A stretch of DNA of 64,000 nucleotides from Candidatus Bathyarchaeia archaeon. GTDB taxonomy: Archaea; Thermoproteota; Bathyarchaeia; Bathyarchaeales; Bathycorpusculaceae. The stretch is taken from positions 960,001 through 1,024,000 of the forward strand of contig JBEKKK010000001.1 of the NCBI GenBank assembly GCA_050010755.1, in the 5' to 3' direction. Positions 58,896 to 64,000 of the stretch are shown one piece after another. Under the pieces are notes generated by a model. The model ran no database searches. It was not told where the DNA came from and worked only from the letters and a program-made list of their open reading frames with translations. Every line of letters starts with the position of its first letter. Position 1 is the first letter of the stretch. Both the position numbers and the translations under genes were made by a program.

Positions 58896-59723
58896 TCATT
58901 CTGGGGCAAGTTTCTGTATTATGCTCACTGCCTGAAAAGTGTTTTCAAAGGTTGAGATGCCGAGATCTGCACGAGCGAAGCCTCCGTTTGCGTTCTGACA
59001 TCTGCGCACAAAACCAACTGTTTGCGATGGAAACTTGCAGTTTTCTCCGAGTGCGTCAAGAGCCATTACTCCATAGTACGTGTGTTCCATGTAGGAGGTG
59101 AAAGAATCAGGGATCACCGTGAAACCTCCATAACGCCTTTCACACATTCTGAGAAAAGATACGGTGTTCTTCAGGCTCTTCATATCAAAACCCAACAGAT
59201 CAAGAGACGTTGCAGCATAGTACGTTGAGTTGACGTTGGAATGGTTGTGTGCTCCAAACCCTCCGTCTCCATTCATGTACTGAAGCAACCATTGCATAAC
59301 GTCGGTGCCTGGGTCGACGCCTAGCAAATTGGCGAGTTCCAGAGCCATAAGCGTAGCTCTAAACTCGGAAGCCACTTCGAAATAGACGTCCACGGATCCG
59401 AAATGTCTCTTCGCCGCGATTGTTGAGGCAATGAATTTTCGGAAACGATAGTCTAACTCTTCACCGCACAGCGACAAGGCCTTACCAACATAGTAGTGAG
59501 AGTAGATGCTGCCCAGCCCAAACTCATGTAGCCATTCCACCGTCTTGGCGACACGGGGATAGGGCGAATCCAGCAGTTTCAACACTGCCAGCCCATAATA
59601 AGTGTCCTGTGCATTGGAATCATTCTCTTCCACAAAGGTATAGCCGCCATCCGTGTTTTGGCGAGACACGACATAGTTGATAATGTTTTTCGTTAAAGAT
59701 GAATCATCAGCCAGTATCTTCAT
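58896..59723 (-). CDS. Prenyltransferase/squalene-cyclase repeat protein
   Basis: RQNTDGGY, NGDGGFG, CQNANGGF repeats with TYY. Confidence 0.8.
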   Translation of the reverse strand: MKILADDSSLTKNIINYVVSRQNTDGGYTFVEENDSNAQDTYYGLAVLKLLDSPYPRVAKTVEWLHEFGLGSIYSHYYVGKALSLCGEELDYRFRKFIASTIAAKRHFGSVDVYFEVASEFRATLMALELANLLGVDPGTDVMQWLLQYMNGDGGFGAHNHSNVNSTYYAATSLDLLGFDMKSLKNTVSFLRMCERRYGGFTVIPDSFTSYMEHTYYGVMALDALGENCKFPSQTVGFVRRCQNANGGFARADLGISTFENTFQAVSIIQKLAPE

Positions 59724-59786
59724 ACAGGTAACTCCCAGATGTTTGACGCGCGCGCCACTCTTGATTTGCCCGCCGCACACTTTTGT

Positions 59787-60905
59787 CTAGAACCTCAGCC
59801 TATGACTCTTCCGGACGCTCTCGTCGAATTCTTTTGCCAACTCTTCCAGCAGAGTTTTCTGATTCGACGTGAGTTTTTCGGGCACTTTGATGTCAACCCG
59901 CAATAAAAGATCGCCTCTTCCGTATCCTCTGAACCTTGGCATGCCCCTGCCCTTCAGTCTGATCACCTCTCCAGGCTGGGTTCCCTCATGAACATCCACC
60001 TCAACGTTTCCATCGAATGTGGGCACCGAGACTTTTGCGCCAAGGGCAGCCTGAGGAAAACCTATCTTCAAATCGTAAAGCAGGTCGTCCTCGTCCCTCT
60101 TGAAGTACGGATGGAGTGCTATGTGAATCAAAACGTAAAGGTCTCCTGGAGAATCGCTTTCCGGCGACATCTCTCCTTGACCTTGTAGTCTAAGCTGGTA
60201 TCCTTCGTCGATGCCGGGCGGCACCTTCACCGTTATGTTTCTTTGCTTTCGCAGCAGGCCCGTGCCCCTGCACGTTGGGCATGGCGAATCGATGATTTTT
60301 CCTTTTCCCTTACACGTGGGGCATGGCACGACCTGCACGAAAGTTCCAAAAGTGCTCCTGTTGGCCCTCTGAATTCTTCCGGCGCCCCTGCAGGTGGGAC
60401 AAACCCTTGGAGAAGTGCCCGGCGCGGCTCCGGTGCCGCCACAAACGTCGCACTTCTCGATTCTCTTGAAATTGATCTCTTTCTCTGTTCCGTGCGCTGC
60501 TTCTTCCAAGGTTATTTCCAAATCGTAGCCAAGATCTCTACCTCTAGTAGCTCTCTCTTCGAAATCTCGTTGGCCAAAAATGGTGCTGAACAGGTCTCCG
60601 AAGCCGAAGTTGAAGCCCATGTCCCTGAATATCGACTCGAAGTCTGCACCTCTAAAAATGTCTTCGGTCGTGTAGCGCTGATCAAATCCCGCGTGGCCTA
60701 ACGTGTCGTATTGTCTTCTTTTCTCCTGATCTGAGAGGACAGCGTAGGCTTCGGAAATCTCTTTGAACTTCTCTTCAGCATCAGGGGCCTTGTTCCGGTC
60801 CGGATGATACTGCATCGCCAGCTTTCTGTAAGCATCCTTGATCTCATCTGGAGAGGCAGTTCTTGATACGCCGAGGACTTCGTAGTAATCTCTCTTGCTC
60901 GCCAT
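59787..60905 (-). CDS. dnaJ: Chaperone DnaJ
   Basis: HPD J-domain, G/F region, four CxxCxGxG motifs. Confidence 0.97.
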   Translation of the reverse strand: MASKRDYYEVLGVSRTASPDEIKDAYRKLAMQYHPDRNKAPDAEEKFKEISEAYAVLSDQEKRRQYDTLGHAGFDQRYTTEDIFRGADFESIFRDMGFNFGFGDLFSTIFGQRDFEERATRGRDLGYDLEITLEEAAHGTEKEINFKRIEKCDVCGGTGAAPGTSPRVCPTCRGAGRIQRANRSTFGTFVQVVPCPTCKGKGKIIDSPCPTCRGTGLLRKQRNITVKVPPGIDEGYQLRLQGQGEMSPESDSPGDLYVLIHIALHPYFKRDEDDLLYDLKIGFPQAALGAKVSVPTFDGNVEVDVHEGTQPGEVIRLKGRGMPRFRGYGRGDLLLRVDIKVPEKLTSNQKTLLEELAKEFDESVRKSHRLRF

Positions 60906-60960
60906 CGTTTTACCATCAGATCAAAGATTTCGAAAAACTAAACAATGCCGTCTGGGCCGC

Positions 60961-62841
60961 TCACTTCACCTTGTAATCCTCAGAGTCGACTACTTTTCCC
61001 TCGCCAGTTGGAGGCTCCCCACTTGTTGGGGACTCCCCGCCAGGAGGCGGGGCTTGTTGCCTCGCCTGTTGTGCGCTTGCCTGTTGATAAACGGCTGTTC
61101 CGACCTCCTGAAGGACCTTAGTTAGTTCGTCGGATGCGGATTTGATTTTGTCCAAATCGGAGCCGCCCAGCGCATCTCTCAACGCAGAAACAGCTACGTC
61201 TATCTTGTTCTTCTGGTCTTGTCCTATTTTATCTCCAAGATCCTTCTTGGTCTTTTCAGCCGTGTACATGAGGTTGTCCGCGTTGTTTCTCAACTCGGCC
61301 TCCTCACGTTTTCTCTTGTCCTGTTCAGCATACTGCTCAGAGTCTCTGATTAGCCTCTCTTTCTCCTCTTTCGACATCTTTGTTGAAGCTGTTATCGTTA
61401 TTTTCGCTTCTTTTGCCGTTCCCAAGTCTTTTGCGGTGACGTTGATTATTCCGTTTGCGTCTATGTCAAAGCTCACTTCGATCTGTGGAACGCCTCTAGG
61501 AGATGGTGGTATTCCTTCTAGGTTGAACATGCCTAGGGACACGTTGTCTGTTGCCATTGCCCGTTCTCCTTGAAGCACGTGAATCGTGACGGCTGTTTGG
61601 AAATCAGCTGCAGTCGTGAATACTTGGCTTCTCCGCGTGGGAATGGTGGTGTTCTTCTCGAGTATCTTGGTGAAAATGTGGCCGAGGGTCTCGACGCCGA
61701 GAGACAAGGGCGTAACGTCAAGCAGAAGCAGATCCTTCACCTCTCCTGTGAGCACGGCCGCCTGAATTGCGGCGCCAACAGCTACACATTCCATTGGATC
61801 TATGCCTCTTTCAGCCGGCTTACCCATAATCTGTTCCACAAACCTTTGCACAAGAGGCATTCTGGTCATGCCGCCTATGAGAATTATTTTGTCTATATCT
61901 TTTGGCGTCAGCTTCGCGTCCTCGAGCGCCTTGACAATTGTGCCTTGTGTTTTCTGTACTATAGGCTGTGCCATGCCTTCGAGTTTTGCTCGGGTAAGGG
62001 TGAGGTGCAGGTGTTTCGGCCCTGAAGCGTCGTTGTACAAGAACGGCAAGTCAATGTCGGTCGCCATCAACGTCGAGAGTTCTATCTTTGCCTTTTCTGC
62101 AGCCTCCTTAAGTCTCCCCATGGCGCTCTTGTCTGCTGCCAGGTTGATGCCTGTCTGTCTTTTGAATTCGTCAAGCAGATAATCCATGATTGCTTTGTCG
62201 AGGTCCGTTCCGCCGATTTGTGTGTCGCCGCTGGTTGACAGTACTTGGAAGACTCCTTTTCCGAAATCCATCACGGTCACGTCGTGCGTGCCTCCGCCGA
62301 AGCTGAAGACAAGTATCTTCATCTCTTTCTCGATCTTATCGACTCCGTACGCGAGGCAGGCTGCAGTCGGTTCATTGATTATTCTTGCAACTTCGAAGCC
62401 TGCTATCTCTCCCGCGTCCTTTGTTGCTTGGCGCTGGTTGTCGTTGAAGTGAGCAGGCACCGTGATTACTGCTTTCCTTATCGGAACTGCCAGATAGGTT
62501 TCCGCATCTTTCTTGATCTTTTGCAGAATGAATGATGAAATCTGCTGTGGGGTGTACTCTTTTCCGTAAATATTTACTTTATAATCAGTGCCCATCTTCC
62601 TTTTTATTTCGTACACGGTTCCTTCGGGGTTGGCAGTTGCCTGCCTCTTAGCCGATTCACCCACCAACAGTTGGCCATCTTTGGTGAAGGCCACGACTGA
62701 GGGGAACATTTTTCCCGCCATGGTAGGTCCTTCGGCACTCGGTATGACCGTTGAGCGTCCATTCTCGTAAATGGCCGCAGCCGAGTTTGTCGTTCCCAAG
62801 TCTATACCAAGTATTTTTTCTCCCGCTTTAACATTACTCAT
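60961..62841 (-). CDS. dnaK: Chaperone DnaK
   Basis: [44 protein letters not shown]. Confidence 0.98.
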   Translation of the reverse strand: MSNVKAGEKILGIDLGTTNSAAAIYENGRSTVIPSAEGPTMAGKMFPSVVAFTKDGQLLVGESAKRQATANPEGTVYEIKRKMGTDYKVNIYGKEYTPQQISSFILQKIKKDAETYLAVPIRKAVITVPAHFNDNQRQATKDAGEIAGFEVARIINEPTAACLAYGVDKIEKEMKILVFSFGGGTHDVTVMDFGKGVFQVLSTSGDTQIGGTDLDKAIMDYLLDEFKRQTGINLAADKSAMGRLKEAAEKAKIELSTLMATDIDLPFLYNDASGPKHLHLTLTRAKLEGMAQPIVQKTQGTIVKALEDAKLTPKDIDKIILIGGMTRMPLVQRFVEQIMGKPAERGIDPMECVAVGAAIQAAVLTGEVKDLLLLDVTPLSLGVETLGHIFTKILEKNTTIPTRRSQVFTTAADFQTAVTIHVLQGERAMATDNVSLGMFNLEGIPPSPRGVPQIEVSFDIDANGIINVTAKDLGTAKEAKITITASTKMSKEEKERLIRDSEQYAEQDKRKREEAELRNNADNLMYTAEKTKKDLGDKIGQDQKNKIDVAVSALRDALGGSDLDKIKSASDELTKVLQEVGTAVYQQASAQQARQQAPPPGGESPTSGEPPTGEGKVVDSEDYKVK

Positions 62842-63376
62842 CTGAATTCATCTCCTTTTGTGATTTTGAAGGTTTCACCACAACCTTAACAATGCTCGGT
62901 CTAATCACTTTTTCCCTCATGGTATAACCTTTTCGGACTTCTTCGGAGATTGTGCATCCATCTTCATCTTCACTTTCGGTTGTCGCGATGGCGTGGTGTT
63001 TCGTCGGATCGAAGGGCTTACCCAAGCATTCTATTGGAGATACTCCTTGATTTTCAAGCACTTTCTTCATTTTCTTCAGGGTCATTTCAACGCCCTGAAT
63101 TAAGGCTTCCGCAGAGTTGGTGGAGCGGCCAGACTTGACAGCCAACTCCAACTCGTCTACAACATCCAATAACTCGATGATGAGGGGTTCCGTACAGTAT
63201 TTCTTAACCTCCTCCATCTGCCTCTCGTACCTTTTCTTCAGATTCTCAGCATCTGCCTGAGCATACTTCAGTCTGGTGAGATACTCTTCAGAACGCCTCT
63301 TCTCCATGGCCAAAGCTTTTGTCAAGGCCTCGACTTGGTCAGCATTTTCCTCCGGTTCTTTTTGCTCTTCGCCCAT
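62834..63376 (-). CDS. grpE: Nucleotide exchange factor GrpE
   Basis: [20 protein letters not shown]...RPSIV; upstream of dnaK. Confidence 0.95.
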   Translation of the reverse strand: MGEEQKEPEENADQVEALTKALAMEKRRSEEYLTRLKYAQADAENLKKRYERQMEEVKKYCTEPLIIELLDVVDELELAVKSGRSTNSAEALIQGVEMTLKKMKKVLENQGVSPIECLGKPFDPTKHHAIATTESEDEDGCTISEEVRKGYTMREKVIRPSIVKVVVKPSKSQKEMNSDE

Positions 63377-63759
63377 TCAAGGCTCTCCGAATAGTTTGCA
63401 AACCTTTAGCGTGTCGAACAAAAATATATACCTAATGCTCAGTGACTTTTTCCAAATGCGCACGCTCTCCATCTTCTTTGTCTTTTTCGTTGCCTGCGAG
63501 GCCTATTTTCTTCACTTGACAGTACGTACAGAATAGCGCGCGCGACTTTCGACTCGAGCAAATCGACCTTCTTTCAAGTCTTTGAGGAGGAGCTCAAGGG
63601 TATCAGTAAAATCGTCAGCTGACAGTAACTAGCGCGCGCAGGAGGCGAATAACAGTATCGCCTAAGGAAAATGGCTCACAGTCAAAGCTCCTGAAGCCAG
63701 CAAAAATTGTTAAATACGAATAGACAAGATATGGTGCATCGACAATTGAGGAATAGAGT

Positions 63760-64000
63760 ATGACTGAAGAAAATGAATATTTCATCGATTACATCGCTAT
63801 CGGAATCATAGGATTCGCCATCGGACAAGCAATCGCAAGCGTCGGTGGATTCCAAAGCTTTTTCGGAGGAGCAGTTGGGACATTTGGCGGTATCGATTGG
63901 GGCAAAACGGTAGGAAGCGACGTCATCATAGGTATCTTCGCGTTCATTCCCGCAGGTTTCGTGGCAGGATATCTGTGCTATAAGCTGCTTAAGTCGGAGG
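63760..64000 (+). CDS. Membrane protein, partial (runs off window end)
   Basis: Manual translation MTEENEYFIDYIAIGIIGFAIGQAIASVGG...; open to the window end. Confidence 0.6.
   Translation, partial: MTEENEYFIDYIAIGIIGFAIGQAIASVGGFQSFFGGAVGTFGGIDWGKTVGSDVIIGIFAFIPAGFVAGYLCYKLLKSE

Larger units (their letters stand above)
399..63639. repeat. Dispersed palindromic octamer GCGCGCGC (often TAGCGCGCGC), ~23 loci, plus ~12 GCGCGC hexamers
   Basis: Octamer starts read by eye: 399, 809, 1943, 5257, 6710, 7876, 8027, 8383, 8580, 8592, 13277, 15393, 16993, 24367, 26868, 27628, 33052, 34142, 48231, 54050, 59748, 63536, 63632. Confidence 0.9.

Noticed and set aside
399-63639. GCGCGCGC copies as a CRISPR array or integron attC sites
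   Set aside because: The repeat is only 8-10 bp, spacing is irregular (about 10 bp to >10 kb), and there are no cas genes, no integron integrase and no attC-like hairpins.

Overview
Archaeal DNA, probably Bathyarchaeia or a related TACK lineage. The archaeal call rests on a BHB-intron tRNA-Ser and an archaeal type IV pilus operon; the lineage is inference. Layout: (i) 1-18.5 kb is a patchwork of small accessory genes and gene fragments (N4/N6 DNA methyltransferase, P-type ATPase, QueG-like Fe-S protein, a 1200-aa surface protein, cupin, DsrE, thioredoxin, aminotransferase plus a displaced second copy of its 3' end). (ii) A two-intron tRNA-Ser(TGA) and a pilus operon whose last pilin appears broken. 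(iii) 27.6-34.1 kb is a defence island (SRA-like/HNH, SIR2 + DUF262, m4C methyltransferase + endonuclease, wHTH, MBL hydrolase). (iv) 34.2-56.4 kb is a co-oriented siphovirus-type head-tail cluster ending in an ABC-ATPase-GNAT gene, with no visible integrase, replication genes or att sites (gene-transfer-agent-like or a relic provirus). (v) CDF transporter and grpE-dnaK-dnaJ. The most striking unexplained signal is the palindrome GCGCGCGC, counted by eye at about 23 loci against under 1 expected. It sits mostly at stop codons, accessory-gene boundaries and gene-truncation breakpoints, suggesting an undescribed junction, recombination or Z-DNA signal. All calls come from motif recognition by eye; no searches were run.
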